64,000 nucleotides of DNA, from NCBI RefSeq assembly GCF_009914755.1, contig NC_060935.1; one strand, given 5' to 3'. This DNA is from the human T2T-CHM13v2.0 reference genome, Homo sapiens. Both the position numbers and the translations under genes were made by a program. How positions within the stretch are numbered: position 1 is the stretch's first letter; the number at the start of each line of letters is the position of its first letter. The notes under the pieces are model-generated. The model ran no database searches and was not told the DNA's origin. It worked only from the letters and a program-made list of their open reading frames with translations. Positions 41,858 through 54,878 of this stretch are shown piece after piece.

Positions 41858-41935
41858 GTAACTGTGCTCTTGTCTCTGAATTCGCTTAAGCTTTCCCATG
41901 CCAGCACCCCCACTGAATTCCTTTTCTTTTTAAAG

Positions 41936-42006
41936 AGGAGAATGAGGTGCGAACAATGGTGGATCCAAACTCACGCAGTGACCCCAAGCTTCAAGAACTG
42001 ATGAAG
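41936..42006 (+). CDS. PARVA: PARVA coding exon 3 (71 nt, phase 1-0): (E)ENEVRTMVDPNSRSDPKLQELMK
   Basis: Continues the alpha-parvin frame after a 78-nt GT-AG intron. Acceptor is ccttttctttttaaag|AG and donor is AAG|gtaaga. Confidence 0.97.
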
Positions 42007-42582
42007 GTAAGAAGAAATCAGGAGCGGCTTCAGGTGCCTCACTGACCCACGATGTGTCCATATGCCACCTGCTCTGTGCAGGCACCCCACGAGCCCCTCA
42101 GAGAAGGTAAAAAGTCATGGCAGCCCCTGCCTCAGGCAGTGAGTTGTCTAGCAGATGGCCATCGAAAACGTAACCGATTGTTTAAGTGTGGGATGTGACA
42201 AATGCCCAGTGAGTGGTGCTGGTCACAGCACCAGACAGTTCAGTACAGGTAAGCTCACGATGGCCAGGATTCCAGAGTGCACAAAATGCTTATTTTCTCA
42301 AGGACCCTCAAAAGCAGGCAGTGGAGCAGTAATTAGTCTCATCCCCATTTTCCAGATGACAAAATCAAGTTTCAGAAAAGCCAGATGCTTTGTTTATGGT
42401 CATAAACAAGGAGCTGGAACTCAAGCAGAAATAAAGGAGATGAAGTGACATACTGTGCATTACGTACCTGCGCAGTGGCTGGCGTGCGCTTGTCCTTTCA
42501 AAACTGTTCATTTCTCCCCTGCGTCTTATTCCCTGTCCTATGTTCCTCCTCTTCAGCTTAACCAAGCTGCACTTAAGACAAA

Positions 42583-43012
<430 letters not shown>

Positions 43013-44369
43013 TCATTCCCCCATGCAAATCTGAATACACGGTTCCCCTGTGCAAGACCTCTCAGAGTTTCTCATCCACCACAGGTTGCAGTCGACTCCT
43101 AAGAGGTGGTGTTTAGACTCCTTGCTCTAGCTGCCTCTTCAACCTGAGATCAGCCACTACCCAGCAACACAAGGATGCCAGAACTGCTGCTCCCAGCAGC
43201 CGATGCGTGCTCCCAGCGCTCCCCACCGCCAAAGCCTGGCTAATGCAGTCCACTCTGAGTAGAATGCCTCTCATGCCCCTCATCTGAAAGTCTCAGCACG
43301 GCTGCTTGCTCCAGGAAGCTTGCTCTAAACTCTAGTGCCATGGCTCAACCACTCCACGGCTGCTATAACCCTATCCTTAGTTCTGTTGTCGTCTCCACGT
43401 AATATTATAGCTTCTCATGCACTTCTCTGTCTCCTTTACTAAATGGTGAGCTTCTTGGGGTTAGAGACTGTCTTTTTTTTCTATCATTGTACCCCAAGGA
43501 CCTAGCACAGAATGTCACATATAGCAGGTATTTAATAAACATTAGAGGATGGAAGGAGGAAAGGAAGGGTGGGTGGATGAATGGGTAGGAATTTCAAAGT
43601 CAGCCAGGAGTATTCAGAAGTAAAATCAAACCCATGTGAGGGTTGGGCCATCTCACTAGGGACTGGAGGACTGAGGGCAGTCATCTCAGAGGAGATGTGT
43701 AAATGTCCCTTCTGTCTGCTGAAGGGAGTCTGTGCCCTGACCCCAGAGTTTAAGAGAAAGGAGGCAGCCTTGGCTAGGCCGCCATGCAGCCCCTTGCTCC
43801 CCTGGATCACAACCGGAGCCTCACAGGCAGCTGGGCTGTGCATGTTGGGTATCTGGCCTTTCCTGATGCAGTCTGTGCTGCATCCATAGATGACTGCCCC
43901 TGCCCAGTGAGACCCTGAGCCCTCACCTTTCTGTGCAGGAAGAAGATGGAACAGTTGAGGTGCAGGCTGTGCCTGCCGCTGCACACTCTCCGGGGTGCTG
44001 GGCCTGTGTGGGCAAGGATAGGGGGAAAGGGGCTAGCCCTGGGCTTGCTCCTATCAGAGGGCGCTCACCATGCTAGAATGGGTATGCTACTACTTGCTCA
44101 GGAGACCTCTAAGGGTAAGGACGGTCAGAATGGGCTCCAAATGGTTTAGGCTTCAATGTTGATCTCCCAGACCTAGACCTGCACTCGGGCCCTGTTTGAG
44201 AGAGTGAAGGATTGGAGATGCACATAGGCCTGAGCCCTGGGGTGCTGACCAAAGGCACAGCTACCTCCGTACTTCCAGAGGGAGGTTCGATTTTCTAGAT
44301 CTAGGCTGCTTTGACCACCTTGAAATCCTACTCTTTCTGGTCAACTCCTAGTTTAAGAGTCTTCTTAGG

Positions 44370-44533
44370 AGCTGGGCACAGTGGCATGTACCTGTAATGC
44401 CAGCTACTTTCAGATGAAGGTTTGAGGCCAGAAGTTCGAGGCTATAGTGCACTATGATTGCACCTGTGAATAGCCACTGCATTCCAGCCTGGGCAACATA
44501 GCAAGACCCTGCCTCAAAAGGAAAAAAAAAAAA
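44370..44533 (+). mobile_element. FAM (fossil Alu monomer)
   Basis: Monomer retaining the 7SL-like segment gtgcactatgattgcacctgtgaatagccactgc. Confidence 0.8.
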
Positions 44534-45122
44534 GTCTCCTCAAACACAAGGCTTTCTGGAAGCCTCCCCTCATTCCTGATCTCTCCTGCCCACTCCCAGC
44601 CTGTTGGGGCCTCTTCTCTACTCTCTCATAGCACCATGTCCTCCCCACCCCAGGATTTGAACTCTTTATGTTATAATCCTTTGGTTGACCGGTTTTCTGC
44701 CCACATAAGCCTCTCCAGGACAGAGGCTGGGTCTTACTCTACTGGATACAGTGCAGTGCCTGGTATACAGTAGGTATTACAGTTGCCATCCTCTTGCCTT
44801 GGGACAGCAGAACAAAAGCCTCCAGACTCCAACATCAGCCCACCCAGGGATGGCAACGCTGTCTGGCTATTGCTGTGTTATAAAGGCAGCATACTTATGC
44901 TAAGGCAAAGACGTCCAACACAAAGGACGATGTCCACTTATAAGAAATTGGAGAAATGTCAAAACTGTAGTGGTTCCCCCAGGCCTGTGGTCAGGGATGA
45001 GGATTGAGTACAAAGGGACCTACGGAAGCATCCTACTGGGGAGGGAACTGTTCTGTATCTCGATTGTGGTGGGGATTAAACTACTGTGCACAATGACCAA
45101 GACATATCACTGTATACTTAAC

Positions 45123-45417
45123 TTTTTTTTTTTTTTTAGATAGAGTCTCACTCTGTTGCCCAGGCTGGAGTGCAGTGGCACGATCTCGGCTTACTGCAGC
45201 CTTGACCTCCCGGTTCAAGCAATTCTCCTACCTCAGCCACCCAAGTAGCTGGGATTACAGGCACCTATCACCACGCCTGACTAATCTTTGTAGTTTTAGT
45301 AGAGACGGGGTTTCACCATGTTGGCCAGGCTGGTCTCAAACTCCTGACCTCAAGTGATCTGCCCGCCTCGACCTCCCAAAGTGTTGGGATTACAGGTGTG
45401 AACCACCACGCCCAGCC
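45123..45417 (-). mobile_element. AluS (Sx/Sz-like)
   Basis: Antisense dimer with a T15 tract. Confidence 0.92.
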
Positions 45418-45624
45418 TAAAATTTTTTTTATGGCCGTACACTGTGAGTGTTGCTTGCCATTAGAGTAAGGAATAATAGGGGACATAGATATTAACAGGG
45501 ACATGGCACTAGCAGGATATACATCTGAAAATTAAGAAGGCCAGTAGGGCTCACACTTACAGCTACCTGTGCACACACTGGGTTATGTGGATAGTTCTCC
45601 TGCTTTTAAAATCTGAAGTTCAAA

Positions 45625-45750
45625 GCAGGGCACAATGGAACACTCCCATAGTCTCAGCTATGCAGGAGGTTGAGGCAGGAAGATCACTTGAGCCCAGGAG
45701 TTTAAGTCCAGCCTAGGCAACATAGTGAGACCCCATCTCAAATAAAATGA
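45625..45750 (+). mobile_element. FLAM monomer
   Basis: Single Alu left-arm-like unit with TSD ttaaaatct(g/a)aagtt. Confidence 0.8.
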
Positions 45751-45869
45751 AACTTAAAATCTAAAGTTAATTTGGATTTTAATTGTTTAGGATAAGAAAG
45801 CTGGTCTGTAAGAAAATACCCCATAACTCTTTTCTTACTATTGCACATTCCCTTTCTCTCTCTCTGTAG

Positions 45870-45972
45870 GTATTAATTGACTGGATTAATGATGTGTTGG
45901 TTGGAGAAAGAATCATTGTGAAAGACCTAGCTGAAGATTTGTATGATGGACAAGTCCTGCAGAAGCTTTTCG
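45870..45972 (+). CDS. PARVA: PARVA coding exon 4 (103 nt, phase 0-1): VLIDWINDVLVGERIIVKDLAEDLYDGQVLQKLF(E), start of the CH1 domain
   Basis: Contains the parvin CH1 motif WIN...DLYDG. Acceptor is ctttctctctctctgtag|G and donor is TTCG|gtagga. Confidence 0.97.
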
Positions 45973-46121
45973 GTAGGAGAGTTGAGTGCTGCAATGGATG
46001 TGTGTTTAATTGCAGGTGGTTGGATCACCTACTTGTAGCTAGAAGGAGTTATTCTCAGTTTACAGTGGCTTACCTGGAAATGGATTACAAATGTGTGGAG
46101 CATGGAATAACAGCTCAGTGA
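45972..46121 (+). CDS. PARVA: Read-through extension of exon 4 into intron 4 (49 aa GRRVECCNGC...HGITAQ*), predicted 182-aa truncated PARVA isoform
   Basis: The frame stays open through the exon-4 donor to TGA at 46119-46121. The donor TCG|gtagga is suboptimal. I recall a curated short PARVA isoform of this form but cannot verify it here. Confidence 0.55.
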   Translation, partial: GRRVECCNGCVFNCRWLDHLLVARRSYSQFTVAYLEMDYKCVEHGITAQ

Positions 46122-47330
46122 AGGCTTTAGATGTCCTCTTGGAATGTTTCATATGAATGAATTGTAGAGGGAGTCTCCATGACTAGGTGGGCCTGCTCCT
46201 TCTAGCAGCCAAGAATCATCAGCTAGATGAAAAGACCCCACTGTATATTAATAACTAGAAAGCACGCCTCCGCCTCTCCAGAAAAGCATGCCTGTGTGGC
46301 CTCTGTCGGTATATTTACATGCATGGGCCTGAGTATGCATTTTTAGACCTCTGTCACCTTCAGATGCATGTGTGTGTGTTCCTCTGTCATCTGTGGACTT
46401 GTGTGTGTGTGTATTCCTCCCTGGGTCACTTTGCAGCTGTTCATGTGAAAATGTAAGGACAATGGGGAGAGAAAGGAGAATTCAGGGGTAATCTTAGTGT
46501 TGAAAGGACAAATTTCAGCTTGAATGGAGTTAAGGTGTCCCCCACTGCTCCTAATCTAACTGTGGCCCAAACCGTCCCCTCAGATTCTCGACTTCAATCC
46601 TTAGCTGCCCTCTGGGCACCTCTACCTGAATCTGCTTTAGACTGAATTCATCCACTTTTCTAAAGCTGTTTCATCCCCTCTGAGTTCATAGAATCCTCTC
46701 CCTTCCTCCTCTGCCCCCATGTATACAGGGATCAGCAAGACCCATTTCTACCTCTCCTGAATACATCCTCTGCCATTTTGACTTCTCTGAACTATTGAAA
46801 AAACTTCCAAACTCACTTCTTTGCTTCCCATCTCACCTCCTCCAACCTATTCCCTACACAGCTAGCAGAGGAAACTTTTAAAATCACAAGTCCAGTCTTG
46901 CCTGTACTTATTTATAACTCTTAGTGCCTCTCTCCTGCTGGACAAAGTCCAAACCCCTTGGCACAACATTCAAAGCATTCCATCATCCGATGACCCCCAG
47001 CTGTCTCCTTGGTCTCACCCACACATGTGGCTCATCCGTGTAGTAATACGTGTAAAGTGCTTAGGATAGTGCCTGACACATAGTAGATGCTCGATAAATG
47101 TCTGTCATCATTGGTTTTACTATTTTTTTTACATACCATTGCTGCATTTTTATATATGCCACACATATTAACATGCCTGTACCTTTGATCATGCTAGTCC
47201 TTCTGCCTCTAAGGCCTGCCTTCCTCCTTTACCCACCAGGGGAAACCATTATTGCTCATCCTTCTGATCTCTAGAATTAATCAAATTAATCAAATGTGCC
47301 TCCCTATTATAGCCTTTACAGTACTGTCAC

Positions 47331-47622
47331 TTTTTTTTTTTTCTTGAGACAGATTCTCGCTGTCACCCAGGCTGGAGTGCAGTGGCATGATCTTGGCTTA
47401 TTGCAGTCTCGACCTCCAGGGTTCAAGTGACCCTCCTGCCTTAGCCTCCTGAGTAGCTGGGACTACAGGGCATGTACCATCATGCCCAGCTAATTTTTGT
47501 ATTTTTTCTGGAGACGGGGTTTTGCCATGTTGCCCAGGCTGGTCTCAAACTCCTGGGCTCAAGCAACCCGCCTCAGCCTCCCAAAGTACTGTGATTACAG
47601 CAGTGAGCCACTGCGCCTGGCC
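47331..47622 (-). mobile_element. AluJ
   Basis: Antisense dimer containing ctcctgggctcaagc. Confidence 0.9.
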
Positions 47623-47942
47623 CTATAGTCACATTTAGAAAAGATAGTCATATACTTTTTTTTGTGTTCCTCCCCACACACACACAAATGTTTCTCTCTC
47701 TGAGGGACTATATATACACTTGCACATATGTGCATATATGTATAGGTGTGTAGATATAAACGTGTACACACATATCTGTATACATACATGTAAGTATATA
47801 TACATGCCTTATTATAAGACTTTCCATGTCATCTGTAGCTGTTTAGGTAAATGTGTATAGGCTTCCCAAGGGCACGAGCCATGTCCTATATATTTATCCA
47901 GGCTTCTCCAGCACCATCAGGTTGTCTAGCATATGTTGCCTA

Positions 47943-48284
<342 letters not shown>

Positions 48285-48999
48285 CTAATGTAATTTCTAG
48301 GAAGTTAAACTGATTTGGTTCTCAGACATCAGTATTAATGAGTGTTAATATTTAAAGGCTTGTAAACTCCAACTGAATACAGAGAGGAAATGAAAAAGCT
48401 TCGGCACATGAAGACATGGCTAAGCCGGGAGCCTCACCACGCATCTGTCCCAGTGACTACAGCTTTTAACTCCTCCAGCAGACATCTAGTCAGGATCTGA
48501 AACTGCCAAAATGTTCTATGCTAGGCTGTCAAAGCAAGGTAGAACATGGCCACAGAGTAATGGAACATGGTTGTGGAGGAATCTTGCCTCCAGGAATGGT
48601 TACAAAACCATCCAGCATCACATCTATGCAACCCCACGTTAGGCATTGCGTACAAGCAGATTAGATCATTTCACATTTCACCCTTCATGCTGAAAAGGTG
48701 ATTCACTATGGAGGTGATGCTTCTTTTGTGAACTTAAGTTTAGACCCTAATCTCAAAGGTCTGAGGCAGGGCATACACATTCAAAGCCCATAATGGGTAG
48801 GATACTCAGGTGGAGGGAACCAGTTTGCGGTAAAAAAAAAAAAAAAAAAAAAAATGCATCAGGAGCTCCTGGGAGGGATCAGTCTGGAAGCAGAGATTTT
48901 GGGGAATGTTTTGGTTTGTTTTCTTTTTTTAACGACCCTGTGAGTATAAAGGAGGCAGAGTTTTGAGTGAGCACTCTGACCTTACGTTCCCCTCTGGCT

Positions 49000-49610
49000 A
49001 TTTTTCGTGTCACTGGTCATGTTAACCTCAATCACATTGTCAGGGTGGTATCTGCCAGATTTCTTCATTATAAAGTGACTGTTTTTCTCTTTTTAATTAA
49101 TTTTTTTTAAGTGGGGAGAGATACTTTGAGACCATGTAAATATCCTGTTTCTCCTTAAACTTCTCCCTCTAGTTTTTGCATCCATTTAGAATGCATCTGC
49201 CGCAATTCTTATGGTAGTGTTCTAGCAGAGATGGTCTCTTCTCTGTATTCCTTCTGCATTTATTAACTGGAATTCTAAAAGGAAGAGTTGTCATTTCTAT
49301 TTATTTATATCACTATGGACATATTTATTTTATACTTTGGGTTTAATCCAGTACTACTTTATCGTTCACTTTTTTGCTCATTGGCCTCCAGCTTCGGCCA
49401 TTGGGAGCTCTTTCAGGTTGCCTCCTGGACACGTTCAACAAGCTGCCCATATTTTTTTTTTTTCTGAGCATTTCCTTTGTTTCTCACATCATAAGATACT
49501 CCAAGACCATCTTATATTTTTCTTACTCCAGTCCTGAAATCAATCACTTCTCCAACGAGCCCTGATTTATTTTATTAGAGAATGGAATTTAGATATCAAG
49601 ATGTGGGTAT
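49000..49610 (-). mobile_element. Old L1MC/ME 3' remnant
   Basis: Shares motifs with the L1 at 31-32 kb (atatcactatgga, aatcaatcacttctccaacgagccctg). Confidence 0.55.
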
Positions 49611-49910
49611 ATTAGTGGATGTTTTTAACTTGTTGTCTGCAGCATAAATAACCAAACATCTGTACCTAGGTACAGTGCCCTTACGTGGTGGTATTAACTA
49701 GGCATGACTGTTCCCAGAAATCCAGCTTCTAATCGTACTGGGGGTTGAGCTTCCTTAATACTGAGTTGTTTGGGCAGCGAGCTGGAGGGGTCTGAGTTTG
49801 AGATTAGTAAAGTAACTATGAAACACTAGCACTTAGAAGATGATGGAAATGGCATAGGGGCCTCTCGTAGCCCAGGAGCATACACATCTGACATCAAGAA
49901 AAGGATACAG

Positions 49911-50211
<301 letters not shown>

Positions 50212-50299
50212 GGACATGGAATCCAGGAAGCCATGTTGATTACATTGTGGAGCAAAGACCCAGAACCTAGAGGCAGAAGTGTGTGAGAAGGTGTGGCAG

Positions 50300-50932
<633 letters not shown>

Positions 50933-52527
50933 GGCAGGGACTTCTTGGCAGAGAGTTGTATATGTTTCGTTGCTGTGGTGAAAGCCTGAACAGGTGAGCG
51001 TCCTTGAGATGCCATGTGACTTTGGCTGGCAAGGACTGGCTGGGTGTTCTCCAATTGTGAGCTCAATGGGGAGCAATAGCATGCCTGGCTCACCTCTGTG
51101 TGGCCACATGCCCCTTGCTCACAGCAGTGTCTGCCTTCCTTGCAGGAAAATCACCCTTCTCACAGGCCCCAGGCATTTCTGGTAGATTCTATCAGAACAG
51201 CCTCTCCCTAGTCCTTTCTTAGCTGCCCAACCCAGCTGCCCCATTGCTGCCTGTATTCCCTGGGTCTTCCCACTTGCCCTGGCAGCAGATCTTAGTTTAG
51301 GTTTTCCCAAAAGCAGACGCCAAGACAAGGATGTGGGTGGAGGAAGCTTATATAGAAGGTGACCTTAAAACGTACAAATAACTGAGTAGGGCACGTAAGA
51401 GGGGAAGAGAGAAATGCCAAACACGAGTATGTTAATCAGAACAGCAGCTCTGTTTCAACCAGGGCTCATAGCTGGGCCCTCTGAGAAACCACGTAACAAC
51501 ACATCTCAGAATCACCCTTCCCAGTGCAAGGTAGCAAGGGCATTTATCCTATGGCTCCTTTCCCCCTGTGGTTGAGGGTGACCTGTGCAGGAAATAAAAA
51601 CTTCCAGGCTGTGCTCCTGTGGTGACAGAGGAGAGAGCCTTGGGGCCAGAGATGGCCATCAGTGTGCTAGGAGCTGTCTGTAGCTGCAGATGAATGCAGG
51701 TGGGCCAAGGAGCTGGGGGAAGGGGCATCGCTGTCATCCAGAGAGACCACAGAGACAGCAACCCCGCTGTGGGGACACTGGCCACTTCTCTGCGCTGTTG
51801 GTGTTGCTGCCAATAAAATATTAGCTGCCAGCAACGCTGGCCTGCCTCTTCATGACATACACTTCATCCTCTCATGGGAGCAGCCCTAGCCCTTTCCAAA
51901 CCTCAGAGCAGAGGTTTCCGAACCCCAGAATGAGGAGGAAGTTCCTTCCTACCCCAGCCAAAAAGTCACCTCATTTCTTGTCCAGGATTACCCCCTTCCA
52001 GGGTGATTGATGGAAGAAAGAGCCTTAGGTCTCCCAGAATATACTCTTACTCCATGGCATCAATAAGAAGTCACAGAATCATCCAAAGTTGGGACACATT
52101 TCCAAATACCTCAGTTATACAGGTATGTCCATGGTCACCTGGTTATATTTACATTCACAACACCTAGGCAGTAGGCATGACTGAGTGAGAGATGGGATAA
52201 GCGATTCCAGGAAGATGCCTATACAACATAATTCATCACTTCATTTGAACATGGCCCACTGCCTGCTTCTTATTGAGGTTTCCTGGCTTGGGATGTCTAT
52301 GTGAATTTCCTTGTGGTATGTTTCATTTGACTGATCCTTATGTTTGAACATGTACATGTGCTGGGAACAGAAAAGGCCTATTTTCAGAGATGAGAGTCAT
52401 AAGCTTCCAGGGCTCTTCTTTCTGGTTTTCACAGTAACATGTGACTGAAACAGGATATCATTCTTCAGGCTTGAGACCAAAAGGTTCCCTGTGGCAGTAA
52501 AGTTCTGCAGGAGGGTGGTTTTGTTTT

Positions 52528-52528
<1 letters not shown>

Positions 52529-52562
<34 letters not shown>
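52529..52562. repeat. (GT)17 microsatellite
   Basis: Perfect dinucleotide run. Confidence 0.97.
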
Positions 52563-52564
<2 letters not shown>

Positions 52565-52822
52565 TTTTCTTTTTCCCTGATAGACCCTAAAGAGTGCATT
52601 TTACACTGATCTTAATCAGTCAGATAATAATATCCACTAGGCAAAAACCATTTGGTGTGCTATATGCTAACTGCTGAGTTCAGGAATATAAAAGTAAATG
52701 TGTCATATGCTGTCTTGTGGAAACTCACAGCCTGGTAGTATACAGGTCTGTAAGAGATCAAGTAGGAGTTTGGGAAAGGTTTCAGGAAAGAGGGGGTATT
52801 TTGGTGTTTGATTTTTGTTGAC

Positions 52823-53139
<317 letters not shown>

Positions 53140-53349
53140 TGAATGGGGCCTTACAGAAAAAGATTCTCAACCATATGAGGAAGGAGAAAGGGCACTTTAG
53201 CCAAGACAACAAAAGAGTTTCCAGGAAGCCTCTGTTAATTTTGGTGCTAATGGAGGGAAAATGCTGTAGAGTCCAGGAGCCAGTGGGTAGATGACCATCA
53301 GGGTTGGGTGACTGGGATATGAGGCTAACAAAGAAAATGAGACCCAGCT

Positions 53350-54262
53350 CCCAGGTCGTGGTTTTTAGCACCATTTCCAACAGGAGAAACCAGGACTTCT
53401 TGGAGAAATGGCTAATTTTAGACCTGGGGCAGGGAATGTAGATGAGCCTAGAGCATCTTGCAGTACCAAAAAGAAGTGCTAAGAAAAAATATATATACGG
53501 GGCCACACATTGAAAATGTCCAAAACCAACCTGAGGGAGCTCCCAGTGGCCAAAGCTGGAATTATTTGGGGGAAAAATTAATAATAGCAGTATTGGATTA
53601 TAACCCAAAGTCTAAATACCCTTAAATTGATACTGATATAAATAACTGAACAAATAAGCAAATGGGAACAAAAAGATAACTCTGCCTTATAGAATTTCAA
53701 ATACTTTGTGTAGATATAACCCCTTCAAAAAAGGTGGCAATTAATTCCACAATCCTTGAGTGGCTGAATTTAGTGACAGGCTTCCCATGGTTAGAGTGTG
53801 GAAGTGGGGACAGGGTAGGGGGAGGGTGTAATGAAAGGGTACTTCACTTCTGTGGTCTTCCTCCCCAGCCTACCCATGAGAAAAATATAGGAAAAATCAA
53901 GCCGTCCTGACCATCACTTCTCAAAACTGTCAAGGTCATGGTAAAAACAATGCAAGTGTGAAAAACCATCACAGAACAGAGGACGCTAAGGAGACATGAA
54001 GAAAAGAAGTGGTATCCTAGACCGTTTCCTGAAACAGAAAAAGGGCATTAGAAAAAACCTAGTGAATCCAGATAAGATATAGAGTTAACAGTCATGTACT
54101 AATGCCATACATAAATAGCTGTGACATATGTACGATAGTAATGTGAGCTGTTAACAATAGGAGGGGAAACTGAGTTCGGAGTGCATAGGAATTGTCTGTA
54201 CTGTTTGTAACTTTTCTATAAATCTAAAAACCATTCTAAAATGAAAAGTCTATTTAAAATAA
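53350..54262 (+). mobile_element. Old L1MC 3' region
   Basis: Sense versions of L1MC motifs (ttggagaaatggct, tctcaaaactgtcaaggtcatg, ctataaatctaaaaaccattctaaaat). Confidence 0.65.
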
Positions 54263-54264
54263 AG

Positions 54265-54576
<312 letters not shown>

Positions 54577-54878
54577 AGCTGGGTGCGGTGGTTCATGCCT
54601 GTAATCCCAGCACTTTAGGAGGCCGAGGCAGGCAGATCACTTGAGGCCAGGAATTCAAGACCAGCCTGACCAACATGATAAAACCTCATTTCTACTAAAA
54701 ATACAAAAATTAGTGGGGCATGGTGGTGGGCGCCTGTAATCCCAGCTTCTCAGGAGACTGAGGCAGGAGGATCACTTGAGCCCAGGAGGCAGAGGTTGCA
54801 GTGAGCTGAGATCGTACCACTGCACTCCAGCCTGGAAGACAAAGTGAGACTCTGTCTCAAAACAATAAATAAAATAAA
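54577..54878 (+). mobile_element. AluS/J, in tandem with the previous Alu
   Basis: Sense dimer directly after the first tail. Confidence 0.9.

Noticed and set aside
43532-43984. Overlapping 150-aa (-) and 102-aa (+) ORFs in intron 3
   Set aside because: No parvin or other homology and no convincing flanking splice sites.
44370-44533. Possible 7SL RNA pseudogene
   Set aside because: Lacks most of the 7SL S domain and fits a FAM Alu monomer better.
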